Below are positions 35,170-44,105 of a stretch of 64,000 bases of DNA, piece after piece. Position 1 is the first letter of the stretch; every line of letters starts with the position of its first letter. The stretch lies in the sequence record NC_008515.1, one strand, 5' to 3'. The position numbers and the translations under genes are program-made. Origin of the DNA: Escherichia phage RB32. A model generated the notes under the pieces. It searched no databases. It worked only from the letters and a program-made list of their open reading frames with translations, and was not told the origin of the DNA.

Positions 35170-35481
35170 CTTGCGGCAACCTTGTCGGGGTTCCACCTGC
35201 TAAGGCAAGTGTTTGTACGAAACGCCGGGATTCGAACCCGGTTATTAAGCAGTTGACGCTACTCAATATTTTTAAAAGGCCATATCTCGACCATATCCGA
35301 ACGTTCCGTCAAAAACGCTACTCGGCTTACGGCAAAGATATTTCCTCGAATCGATAATTCGGTGCGCCGTTTCTGCTGTGATGTAAGAGGGCATCAACAA
35401 ATCATAAAGATTTATTAACACAATTCCTTACTCAGGGAACATCAGTCCGACGACTTACCGGTAGCGACCCGGTTTCTTGTT
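35170..35481 (-). ncRNA. Non-coding region with a tRNA-like T-arm; candidate small stable RNA(s) as in the T4 tRNA region
   Basis: No credible ORF; CCGGGTTCGAATCCCGG T-arm-like element and flanking stems; bounded by tRNA-Arg and a terminator. Confidence 0.35.
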
Positions 35482-35558
<77 letters not shown>

Positions 35559-35561
35559 TAA

Positions 35562-36227
35562 TTAAAATTTCATTTTTCGACCTTTAAACCATCCTTCTGG
35601 AATTGGGTCAGTTTTCTTAATACGTTTAGAAACTTTTTCATCTAATGAATGAATCCACATCATACCAAATTGGGAATTCTTTTCGCCCTGTTGGTGTTTA
35701 TTTCTGGCGTGAGATTCTTTCATTTTATTAATAGTTTCAGGAGTATGATGCTTATTTAAAAATCTGCTATTATTTAAAAATTTTTCCCTGTATTCAGGAG
35801 TTGACCACAAGCGTTTAAATACATTTGAACCATGTTTACGATATTTTTCTTGAAGTAAAATATCATTTTTAAAACGTGACTTAAACGATTTAGCTCCTTT
35901 TAAACTAGCGTCTTTCTTCTGGTTTAGCATCCTAGGAATATTTATATGGTCCCATCCACCTTCACCACCAAGTTTTAAATTATACACATCTGGTCTATTT
36001 AAAAACTCTTCTGTGACAATATTTTTCTCGGCTTCAAGCATAGATTCTTTATCATCAAAATACTCTAATATTTCTTTAGAAAAATTTTCTATACCATATT
36101 TATCTTGGGCTCTTTTTAATAATTTACCAGAACCCATATATCCATCATCTAAATTTTCGGTAGAATGCACACCAATATAAATTTTATTATTAATTTTATT
36201 TGTTATTTTATAAGTGTAATGGAACAT
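35562..36227 (-). CDS. segB: GIY-YIG homing endonuclease SegB
   Basis: 221 aa; YTYKITNKINNKIYIGVHST..YMGSG GIY-YIG motifs; located inside the tRNA cluster as in T4. Confidence 0.85.
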   Translation of the reverse strand: MFHYTYKITNKINNKIYIGVHSTENLDDGYMGSGKLLKRAQDKYGIENFSKEILEYFDDKESMLEAEKNIVTEEFLNRPDVYNLKLGGEGGWDHINIPRMLNQKKDASLKGAKSFKSRFKNDILLQEKYRKHGSNVFKRLWSTPEYREKFLNNSRFLNKHHTPETINKMKESHARNKHQQGEKNSQFGMMWIHSLDEKVSKRIKKTDPIPEGWFKGRKMKF

Positions 36228-36268
36228 AAATATCTCCTATTTCTAAGAGTATTTATGTTCCCAAAATA

Positions 36269-36340
36269 TGGCCCTGGGTGGAATTGAACCACCATCTGGC
36301 GATTATGAGTCGCTTGCTTGAACCTTCCAGCTACAGGGCC
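36269..36340 (-). tRNA. tRNA-Ile: tRNA with CAU anticodon (Ile2-type or Met)
   Basis: Cloverleaf: acceptor GGCCCTG/CAGGGCC, anticodon loop CTCATAA, T arm GGTGG-TTCAATT-CCACC; T4 carries a CAU tRNA-Ile at this position. Confidence 0.7.
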
Positions 36341-36341
36341 T

Positions 36342-36417
36342 TGGTGCTGATTGACGGAATCGAACCGCCGACCTTCTCATTACAAGTGAGTTGCTCTACC
36401 TACTGAGCTAAATCAGC
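36342..36417 (-). tRNA. tRNA-Thr: tRNA-Thr (anticodon UGU)
   Basis: Acceptor GCTGATT/AATCAGC, D arm GCTC..GAGC, anticodon loop CTTGTAA, encoded ACCA. Confidence 0.8.
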
Positions 36418-36419
36418 AA

Positions 36420-36506
36420 CGGAGGCGATAGGATTTGAACCTATGAGTCGCCGGAGCGACTGCCGGTTTTCAAGACCGGTGCATTAAACCACTCTGCCAC
36501 GCCTCC
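36420..36506 (-). tRNA. tRNA-Ser: tRNA-Ser (anticodon UGA), long variable arm
   Basis: Acceptor GGAGGCG/CGCCTCC, anticodon stem-loop CCGGT-CTTGAAA-ACCGG, long extra arm, T loop TTCAAAT. Confidence 0.8.
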
Positions 36507-36508
36507 AG

Positions 36509-36582
36509 TCTCCATACAAGGATTTGAACCTTGGACCTCCTGATCCCAAATCAGGCGCTCTACCAAACTGAGCTACACGGAG
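36509..36582 (-). tRNA. tRNA-Pro: tRNA-Pro (anticodon UGG)
   Basis: Anticodon stem-loop CCTGA-TTTGGGA-TCAGG, D arm TAGCTCAGTTTGGTAGAGC, T arm CAAGG-TTCAAAT-CCTTG. Confidence 0.8.
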
Positions 36583-36592
36583 TAAATTAAAT

Positions 36593-36666
<74 letters not shown>

Positions 36667-36671
36667 AAATT

Positions 36672-36758
36672 TGGTGCGAGAAGTGGGACTCGAACCCACA
36701 AGGAAATCATTCCGCAGCATTTTAAGTGCTGTGCCTTTACCAATTTGACCATTCTCGC
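36672..36758 (-). tRNA. tRNA-Leu: tRNA-Leu (anticodon UAA), long variable arm
   Basis: Acceptor GCGAGAA/TTCTCGC, anticodon stem-loop CAGCA-CTTAAAA-TGCTG, encoded ACCA. Confidence 0.8.
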
Positions 36759-36759
36759 G

Positions 36760-36832
36760 CTGGGAATAAAGGACTCGAACCTTTGCATCTAGCAGTCAAA
36801 GTGCTATGCCTTACCAACTTGGCTAATTCCCA
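36760..36832 (-). tRNA. tRNA-Gln: tRNA-Gln (anticodon UUG)
   Basis: TGGGAATTAGCCAAGTTGGTAAGGCATAGCACTTTGACTGCTAGATGCAAAGGTTCGAGTCCTTTATTCCCA; matches T4 tRNA-Gln as recalled. Confidence 0.85.
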
Positions 36833-36918
36833 ATTATTAACAAAGGCTCTCAAGCAAGAACCCTTGATGATAGAGGGTATTAATCAGTGCGGTATGAGTT
36901 AATAATAACAAATAATTC

Positions 36919-37434
36919 TTAAAGCAAATTAAACATTTTAACAGTCGGCAAAACAATTTCTTTTTCTATATAAGAGTATTTAACACTCTCAACTACACGC
37001 AGAAAATCATAATCATAATATTCAGAAGCACTGCCTAAAATATTAATAAGTCCTTCAAACACTTTATTACCATTCACAAAGAATAAATCAAATACACGTT
37101 CTTCATCTTCTTCGGATTTATTACCAAGGTCAACTTCTATATCAAAGACCTTTTTAATGAATTCTGGATAAAGTTGGTCTGAGAACAGTCCTTCAACCAA
37201 GTATTCATAAATAAAAAGCGATTGCTCGCTGAACAAGCCATTACCACAATAACGTTCAGCTTTAGTACTAGAATGTCTGCTTTTAAACTTCTTTAAAAGA
37301 TATTGAAATTGTAAGATTTCATGCTCTTCTACGCCAAACAGTGTTTTAGTTTTATAGTTGTCACCATCATTTTCCCAGGTAGTGACATCAATTACGTAAC
37401 CCTGCGGAATTGTAGTACCTAAACAAATATTCAT
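36919..37434 (-). CDS. Hypothetical acidic protein
   Basis: 171-aa ORF upstream of the tRNA cluster. Confidence 0.6.
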   Translation of the reverse strand: MNICLGTTIPQGYVIDVTTWENDGDNYKTKTLFGVEEHEILQFQYLLKKFKSRHSSTKAERYCGNGLFSEQSLFIYEYLVEGLFSDQLYPEFIKKVFDIEVDLGNKSEEDEERVFDLFFVNGNKVFEGLINILGSASEYYDYDFLRVVESVKYSYIEKEIVLPTVKMFNLL

Positions 37435-37727
37435 TTGCTCACCATATTAATGTAAGTATATTCAATACATTCAAGACCCAAAGGATTTTTGAAAATATCA
37501 TATTCAAGAGGACCTTTTTCCGTTTCAATAAAGAAATCAAAATTTACTGTATTAAATTTACGGTCTTCCTTCACTAATTTAACCTGAGAAGATGAACGAT
37601 CAATGTAAACCTTTTCAACCTCAAAACATGTTAAAACACCATAATCATCAATCAAGGCTTTGGCTGCTTCTTGATCATATTTATATCCATTTTCAACGGA
37701 TGATACTTTCGCATAAAGAATCATCAT
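37431..37727 (-). CDS. Hypothetical protein
   Basis: 98-aa ORF, translationally coupled to neighbours. Confidence 0.6.
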   Translation of the reverse strand: MMILYAKVSSVENGYKYDQEAAKALIDDYGVLTCFEVEKVYIDRSSSQVKLVKEDRKFNTVNFDFFIETEKGPLEYDIFKNPLGLECIEYTYINMVSK

Positions 37728-38137
37728 TAACCTCTATCAACAATAGCATGAGTATGGGCATTTACAATTTGCCACCAGTCGAAACGATTAGAACCATATT
37801 CTGGTTTATTTTCATTTTCTTTAATGATATCACGCAGTTTATCTTCTGTTTCAGCATACGCAATTAAATCATCATACCCACCACAAGGATAATAATTATC
37901 ACCTGCGAATAAAAGAAAATTTACCTTAGATGGATTTACGTAATAATGGTCTTTAGGATATTTAGTTCCTCTCCAATCAGTTACTTCAACATAACGGTAA
38001 GAAAATCCATTTTTACTTTCAATCCAACTCCACGCTTCAAAAGGAGTATTAAAAACTCTATCAGGTATTAAATTACCTTCAAAATGAGAAGGATTTGCAT
38101 AATCCCCGGCATAAACATAATATTCGTTAATACTCAT
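37727..38137 (-). CDS. Hypothetical Tyr/Trp-rich protein
   Basis: 136-aa ORF. Confidence 0.6.
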   Translation of the reverse strand: MSINEYYVYAGDYANPSHFEGNLIPDRVFNTPFEAWSWIESKNGFSYRYVEVTDWRGTKYPKDHYYVNPSKVNFLLFAGDNYYPCGGYDDLIAYAETEDKLRDIIKENENKPEYGSNRFDWWQIVNAHTHAIVDRG

Positions 38138-38323
38138 TTATTCACCTTTAGAAATTTTATCCATAACGATAGCAATTAAACCAATTAAAAATGCTACTAC
38201 AAGTGAAAACACATTTTCTGCTGTAGTTAATAATCCGCATATAAATCCAACAAACATTGAAAAACTAAAAGCAGAAGCAGAAATTGCAATAGCAACATTT
38301 CGAATTAATTCACAACGTTTCAT
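38138..38323 (-). CDS. Small membrane protein
   Basis: 61 aa; two hydrophobic helices; early promoter directly upstream. Confidence 0.55.
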   Translation of the reverse strand: MKRCELIRNVAIAISASAFSFSMFVGFICGLLTTAENVFSLVVAFLIGLIAIVMDKISKGE

Positions 38324-38351
38324 TTTATTCTCCTCAGTAGTTGATAGGGTA

Positions 38352-38381
38352 ATAGTATCACTACCCCATCTAAAAGTAAAC
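38352..38381 (-). promoter_or_regulatory. T4-type early promoter (-35 GTTTAC, 18-nt spacer, -10 TACTAT)
   Basis: Minus-strand GTTTACTTTTAGATGGGGTAGTGATACTATTACCCTATCAACTACTGAGGAGAATAAAATG. Confidence 0.6.
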
Positions 38382-38391
38382 GGTTTATAAA

Positions 38392-38700
38392 CTATTTTAT
38401 TCCGCGTGATGCAATTGTGTTCTGCCGTTTAGCACCAGTTTGTTTAAAATCATGATTGTCGATTTGATCGGTACGAGCAACTCCGAATGATGATTTGATT
38501 TTAGCTTTAGATCCTTTAGTTATAGAAATAAACATCTCGGAAGCCCCTTTCTTAAAGTCCGAGGCGATTACTTCAACGCCGTTCTTAGCAAGTGACTTCA
38601 GAATTGCCTCAGCATACTCATCGTCAAGACTCGCCTGAGTATTAATAACGAATGTCTTTGGCGCAGCCGCTTCATTGATAAATTCTTTAAATGTTTTCAT
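38392..38700 (-). CDS. Internal head protein (IP family) with capsid-targeting N-terminus
   Basis: 102 aa; starts MKTFKEFINEAAAP; own promoter. Confidence 0.7.
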   Translation of the reverse strand: MKTFKEFINEAAAPKTFVINTQASLDDEYAEAILKSLAKNGVEVIASDFKKGASEMFISITKGSKAKIKSSFGVARTDQIDNHDFKQTGAKRQNTIASRGIK

Positions 38701-38731
38701 TTTATTTTCCTAATTAATTTTTGATGAGATA

Positions 38732-38761
38732 ATAGTATCACTACCCTATTTAAAAGTAAAC
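38732..38761 (-). promoter_or_regulatory. T4-type early promoter (-35 GTTTAC, 18-nt spacer, -10 TACTAT)
   Basis: Minus-strand GTTTACTTTTAAATAGGGTAGTGATACTATTATCTCATC. Confidence 0.6.
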
Positions 38762-39034
38762 TCATTTTAAATAAATTGCGTATTTTTTATAACCCGCTGA
38801 CTCATGACGAAGACCCTTATCATTAGCAAAACGCTCAATGTTGTTAATTTGATTCTGATCAAGTTCAGAGATGTCAAACACGAAAAAGTTACGTTTGTTA
38901 CCAACTGTTATATAGTCAGTTAAATCAATATCATATAGGTAATTGATGTCAGCAATCAAAGTCTTGACAGCTTTGCTAATTTTTACTTTTTCGTTAAAAG
39001 CAGCTTCAGAAATAAATTCTTGATACGTTTTCAT
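38762..39034 (-). CDS. Internal head protein (IP family) with capsid-targeting N-terminus
   Basis: 90 aa; starts MKTYQEFISEAAF; own promoter. Confidence 0.7.
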   Translation of the reverse strand: MKTYQEFISEAAFNEKVKISKAVKTLIADINYLYDIDLTDYITVGNKRNFFVFDISELDQNQINNIERFANDKGLRHESAGYKKYAIYLK

Positions 39035-39062
39035 TTTATTCTCCTCAGTAGTTGATAGGGTA

Positions 39063-39092
39063 ATAGTATCACAGCTAAAACCCTATGTAAAC
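39063..39092 (-). promoter_or_regulatory. T4-type early promoter (-35 GTTTAC, 18-nt spacer, -10 TACTAT)
   Basis: Minus-strand GTTTACATAGGGTTTTAGCTGTGATACTATTACCCTATCAACTACTGAGGAG. Confidence 0.6.
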
Positions 39093-39104
39093 AACTTTGT
39101 GAAA

Positions 39105-39362
39105 TTACTTTAAATCTTCTAATCGTTTCTTCATCTTAGAACCATTTTTAGCGATTTCTCCTGCATCGGAGCATAATGCTAAAAGCGCTTTAACTTTAGT
39201 TTGGTCTCCTTTAAAAGATGAAGGATCGACTGCAGCAGCAAGTTCTTTAATACGAGAGAAAAGACGCTCAGCTTCAGCTAAAGCCATTCCAAGCTTTACT
39301 TCCATACCGTGGGAAGATTCAGTGATAGTAGTTTTTGTAGCAAACTCTTTGAAAGTTTTCAT
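39105..39362 (-). CDS. Internal head protein (IP family) with capsid-targeting-like N-terminus
   Basis: 85 aa; starts MKTFKEFATKTTITE; own promoter. Confidence 0.65.
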   Translation of the reverse strand: MKTFKEFATKTTITESSHGMEVKLGMALAEAERLFSRIKELAAAVDPSSFKGDQTKVKALLALCSDAGEIAKNGSKMKKRLEDLK

Positions 39363-39393
39363 TTTATTTTCCTAATTAATTTTGATGAGGTAA

Positions 39394-39423
39394 TAGTATC
39401 ACTACCTCATCAGCATGTAAACA
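39394..39423 (-). promoter_or_regulatory. T4-type early promoter (-35 GTTTAC, 18-nt spacer, -10 TACTAT)
   Basis: Minus-strand GTTTACATGCTGATGAGGTAGTGATACTATTACCTCATC. Confidence 0.6.
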
Positions 39424-39434
39424 ACTTTGTGAAA

Positions 39435-40119
<685 letters not shown>

Positions 40120-40120
<1 letters not shown>

Positions 40121-40845
40121 TATAGTACCTTTAGTGTATTTTTAATTTTAGAAAAAAGTTCTTCAAGAGAACCATCGTTTGTAATTACTAAATCGCCATC
40201 ACGAATTGGCAATCCAGCTTCTGTAATATGTGTATCATTGGATTTTTGACCAGGACGAACTACATGAATTACTGTAGCACCCATCGCCCTAGCCGCATCC
40301 ATTTCATGATCTTGACGGGTATCAGGAACGATATAATAATCATAACCTGAGTTAAATTTATCAAGATAATCTAAAGCAAATAATTTTACCCAGTACATGC
40401 GGTCGAAGTTATTAACAATCAAATCCGTACCTAGGGCTTGCATCAGACGACGGACTGACCATTGATCTTCAATATTATTTATAACGTCAATAATCTTGTT
40501 AAATGCTACGGAATTAACTGATTCTTTTCCTTCGTCATCAAAAACAAACACACCTTTAATTGGGCTTTTACCATTAAGATAGCAAAATGCTTGTTCCATA
40601 ATCGTGATTACTTCTAATTTAGTCAGATTTAAATTAGTCTCACGATCATAGTCAATTCCTTCAAACTCTTTACGAGTTAAGCAAGGATAGTCAGTGTTTG
40701 CTGCAAATACTCCCCATGCATAAGCCAATGCATCCTTAATAGGACCAGCAAGTTGGTATTTAACTGCAGAATAATTGCTCATGATAAAATCAGCAGTAGT
40801 ATCTTTTCCACTACGCTTTACACCGCTTAAAAAGATTAGTTTCAT
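40120..40845 (-). CDS. 1: Deoxynucleoside monophosphate kinase gp1
   Basis: 241 aa from MKLIFLSGVKRSGKDT (P-loop), GAGGAG Shine-Dalgarno; matches T4 gp1 as recalled; track start 40884 is an upstream in-frame Met. Confidence 0.93.
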
Positions 40846-40894
40846 GTGTTTCTCCTCAAATTTAATTAAGATTATAACACACAAAACTGAAGCA

Positions 40895-41425
40895 TTAAAC
40901 TTCTGCTATAATTTTTCCATCTTTTTCTACTTGAAAATAGGTGTAAGGAATCGTTGCAGTACATACTAAAGCCGGGTCTGAATCTTCTGTGTAGCTAAAT
41001 TCTACTTCAGATAGGTCAGAAACCCAAGGCTTATAAAAATTTATTGACATCACTATTTCAGTTTTGCTATTATCTAAGATGTAAAGCGTAATGTACTCAG
41101 GACCTGTTTTTTGGGCAGTATTTTCACCTGTAAGATAGTTGCTAGTTCCTAGCATCCATTCATACATTCCTATCCACGACTTAAGTTCTTCATCAACTAT
41201 AAATCTCACAATGAGTGGATCATACTCAAATGTAACACCTGGACGTTGTGCTCGGCCCAGTCCAAACGGCCCAGTCACGGTATCAGTAACAGGTATTCTA
41301 ATTCCTGGAATAGGAACTGACTGAGCATTTAAAGTAAAAGCAGATGTAGTATTACTATGTGGTATTGATACTACAAAGTTAGTTGTATTTGCTTGGTTAA
41401 AAATTTGTTGCAGAGCTTGCGACAT
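40895..41425 (-). CDS. 3: Tail sheath stabiliser / tail tube terminator gp3
   Basis: 176 aa from MSQALQQIFNQANTTNF.. with GAGGA Shine-Dalgarno; matches T4 gp3 as recalled. Confidence 0.93.
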   Translation of the reverse strand: MSQALQQIFNQANTTNFVVSIPHSNTTSAFTLNAQSVPIPGIRIPVTDTVTGPFGLGRAQRPGVTFEYDPLIVRFIVDEELKSWIGMYEWMLGTSNYLTGENTAQKTGPEYITLYILDNSKTEIVMSINFYKPWVSDLSEVEFSYTEDSDPALVCTATIPYTYFQVEKDGKIIAEV

Positions 41426-41531
41426 ATATTCCTCATAATGCTTTATAACTGTTGGTGGTATAATGGGTCTAAGTCCCTTCCATTCAATTCCATTTAGAAC
41501 AAACAATAGAAAAGAATGGAAGATAATAGAA

Positions 41532-42191
41532 TTAATTTATTAGACTTCTTAAACGAGCAGAAGTCATAAATGGAAATTTTTCTAAAGTTGGCTTTCGCCA
41601 ATATCTTGGATGACAAGTTGATTTAAAATCAAGAACAATTTTCTTTGCTTCATCAATAGTGTTAACTCCAAAGTTATCTAACATTATTTTCTTTTCTTTT
41701 TCCCACCGTTTATTAGCTAAAGCAGATTGAAGCTTTTTGTTTTTAAATGTGTCATTTTTTCTAGAATGAGTTGTTCCTTGTGTCGGACTCCATCCTCTTC
41801 CTAAAATAAATCCCTCAGGAATTATATCTCCATCATGCAATTTTATACATCTTTTACCATTATTATAATATTTTCGTCCAGTTTGTGTATTTGAAATATT
41901 ATTTGCATGTTTTCTTTTTAACCAACCATAAACTTTATTATTTCTCCTAACATATTTAGTTGAAACCGTCATTTTTATGGCTGCATAAGATAATTTTAAA
42001 GAATTTGGGTGTATTTTTACTAATAGCTGATGTGCAACATAATGCTCTTCTGGAGTTAAATCAACCAAGTTAGAAGCATCATTACTACCGCCTAAACATT
42101 TCGGAATAATATGATGTCTTTCTTTATATCCAGTAAGGGCTCTATTGCGAGCCCTATCAATTAGTGAATTATAAATTTTTTCATAATTCAT
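41532..42191 (-). CDS. HNH homing endonuclease, free-standing, inserted between genes 3 and 2
   Basis: 219 aa from MNYEKIYNS; HNH motif [30 protein letters not shown]; basic C-terminal DNA-binding-like region. Confidence 0.8.
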   Translation of the reverse strand: MNYEKIYNSLIDRARNRALTGYKERHHIIPKCLGGSNDASNLVDLTPEEHYVAHQLLVKIHPNSLKLSYAAIKMTVSTKYVRRNNKVYGWLKRKHANNISNTQTGRKYYNNGKRCIKLHDGDIIPEGFILGRGWSPTQGTTHSRKNDTFKNKKLQSALANKRWEKEKKIMLDNFGVNTIDEAKKIVLDFKSTCHPRYWRKPTLEKFPFMTSARLRSLIN

Positions 42192-43015
42192 CGTACATTG
42201 CTCCAAACTTTGTTTGCAGAGAAACGTTTTCCTTTGGAGTAGAAGCTTTGGAGTGGCATTAACACAACGTTCGCCCAGTCTTTCGGGGCGATTTCAACAA
42301 GGCTACCCATAATATTACCAGGTATATATGCCTTAATCATTTGGTCTGCACCCCTAAATCCTTTCACTTGACTCCAATCAATTTTTAATTTCGTTTTATT
42401 AGTAATAGTAGGTGTATTTGCATATTGCTTTAAAAGCTCTTCTAGAAACTGTTGACGAGCTTTAGGTGGAATATAGTGCAAGTTTAATCCATACATTAAA
42501 TTATGCTTACCTAAACCAAGGTAAATTATTAAAGGAAATTTATCCCAGTAAGGAAGAGTTTCCTTGTGTTTAGCATCATAAGCAAAAGCATATATTCGTC
42601 CCGGCTGCGGGCGAACAACTTTATGTCCTTTTACTTGCTTAATAGTTTCAGCAAACCATTTTCTGGTTTTATTATTAATTGCTGCACCTTCATTACGAAT
42701 TTTATCGCGCAATGTTTGTCTGAATGAATTTATCATAAGCAGTTGTCTTTCTTGCTTATTGAGCTTATTCATTGGTTTTGATTCAAGCTTTTGAATCTTT
42801 TCAGCCGTTTTAATTCCCGAAGCATATTTTGACATTGCCGAAGTAAACGTAGAGTATTTGATTCCTCTTTCTTCAGCAAATTGCTTTCCTGTCATTCCTT
42901 TTGCTTTGGCCTTTTTATATTCAAGACCTATCTGAATCCATTTCTTTTCGTTTAATGATTGCTTAACCTTTGGAACTTGGGGTGTGCTTTCATTAATTAT
43001 TTGAAAAATAGCCAT
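42188..43015 (-). CDS. 2: DNA end-protector protein gp2
   Basis: 275-aa ORF in the T4 gp2 position between genes 3 and 4; length matches T4 gp2. Confidence 0.85.
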   Translation of the reverse strand: MAIFQIINESTPQVPKVKQSLNEKKWIQIGLEYKKAKAKGMTGKQFAEERGIKYSTFTSAMSKYASGIKTAEKIQKLESKPMNKLNKQERQLLMINSFRQTLRDKIRNEGAAINNKTRKWFAETIKQVKGHKVVRPQPGRIYAFAYDAKHKETLPYWDKFPLIIYLGLGKHNLMYGLNLHYIPPKARQQFLEELLKQYANTPTITNKTKLKIDWSQVKGFRGADQMIKAYIPGNIMGSLVEIAPKDWANVVLMPLQSFYSKGKRFSANKVWSNVR

Positions 43016-43467
43016 TATGCCCCCTTAAAGCCAAGAGCTCGTAATCCATCTTCTGTTAGAATTCTAAATTTTATTCCACGCTTTTCAGCTAAAGCTTGCG
43101 CTGCTTTCCATTTGTCAGTATTAACAGAATATGTATAAATTTCATTCATAAATCTTTTCTTCGCTGCGGTTGTTAGATGTGCTGGTTTAACTGGTGGTTG
43201 TGTTTCTTTTTTAGGCTTTATTTCAATAAAAAATTCTTGTCCAGAAGAATCTTTCATCCAAATATCCATGAAGTATCTACGTTTTTTCCCTTCTGCATTA
43301 CAAAAATAAGGAATTACTGCTGTTTCACTACCCCATGCAATAATTTCTGGATTTTTATCTAACCATTCAAAAAAGAATTTTTCCCAATTTGATCTATACG
43401 TAATTTTTTTAGGGTCACCTCTATATTTTGATATATTTTTAGGAACCCATTTTCCAGAATATGCCAT
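43015..43467 (-). CDS. 4: Head completion protein gp4
   Basis: 150-aa ORF in the T4 gp4 position; length matches. Confidence 0.85.
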   Translation of the reverse strand: MAYSGKWVPKNISKYRGDPKKITYRSNWEKFFFEWLDKNPEIIAWGSETAVIPYFCNAEGKKRRYFMDIWMKDSSGQEFFIEIKPKKETQPPVKPAHLTTAAKKRFMNEIYTYSVNTDKWKAAQALAEKRGIKFRILTEDGLRALGFKGA

Positions 43468-43478
43468 TGGATTCTCCT

Positions 43479-43486
43479 TATAAATA
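43479..43486 (+). promoter_or_regulatory. T4 late promoter TATAAATA for gene 53
   Basis: Plus-strand TATAAATA 29 nt upstream of the gene 53 ATG in the divergent 4/53 intergenic region. Confidence 0.65.
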
Positions 43487-43493
43487 GATAATA

Positions 43494-43501
43494 TATTTAT
43501 A
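43494..43501 (-). promoter_or_regulatory. T4 late promoter TATAAATA for gene 4
   Basis: Minus-strand TATAAATA upstream of the gene 4 start. Confidence 0.6.
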
Positions 43502-43514
43502 AACAGGAGGGCCC

Positions 43515-44105
43515 ATGCTCTTTACATTTTTTGATCCGATTGAATATGCGGCCAAAACGGTGAATAAAAACGCGCCGACTATTCCTATGACAGATATTTT
43601 TAGAAACTATAAAGACTATTTTAAACGCGCTCTTGCGGGATACCGCTTACGTACTTATTATATTAAAGGTTCACCACGCCCGGAAGAATTAGCAAATACT
43701 ATATATGGAAATCCACAGTTGTATTGGGTTTTATTGATGTGTAATGATAATTATGATCCATATTATGGATGGATTACTTCGCAAGAAGCAGCTTATCAAG
43801 CATCTATACAAAAATACAAAAATGTAGGTGGAGACCAAATAGTATATCATGTGAACGAGAACGGTGAAAAATTTTATAATTTAATATCATACGATGATGA
43901 TCCATATGTTTGGTATGACAAAGGCGATAAAGCTAGAAAATATCCTCAATATGAAGGAGCACTTGCTGCTGTTGATACGTATGAAGCGGCTGTTCTTGAA
44001 AATGAAAAACTTCGTCAAATAAAAATAATAGCAAAATCAGACATCAATTCATTTATGAACGACCTTATACGTATAATGGAGAAATCTTATGGAAATGATA
44101 AGTAA
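43515..44105 (+). CDS. 53: Baseplate wedge protein gp53
   Basis: 196-aa ORF at the head of the plus-strand baseplate operon; length matches T4 gp53. Confidence 0.85.
   Translation: MLFTFFDPIEYAAKTVNKNAPTIPMTDIFRNYKDYFKRALAGYRLRTYYIKGSPRPEELANTIYGNPQLYWVLLMCNDNYDPYYGWITSQEAAYQASIQKYKNVGGDQIVYHVNENGEKFYNLISYDDDPYVWYDKGDKARKYPQYEGALAAVDTYEAAVLENEKLRQIKIIAKSDINSFMNDLIRIMEKSYGNDK

Noticed and set aside
36833-36918. Possible MotA-box middle promoter upstream of tRNA-Gln
   Set aside because: A TTGCTTGA motif exists, but the implied -10 would fall on the tRNA 5' end, so the geometry does not fit.
38330-39430. Regularly spaced about 30-60-nt repeats that could be mistaken for a CRISPR array
   Set aside because: The repeats are promoter/leader modules (GTTTAC-N18-TACTAT plus Shine-Dalgarno) separated by 250-310-nt protein-coding genes, not 30-40-nt spacers; no cas genes.
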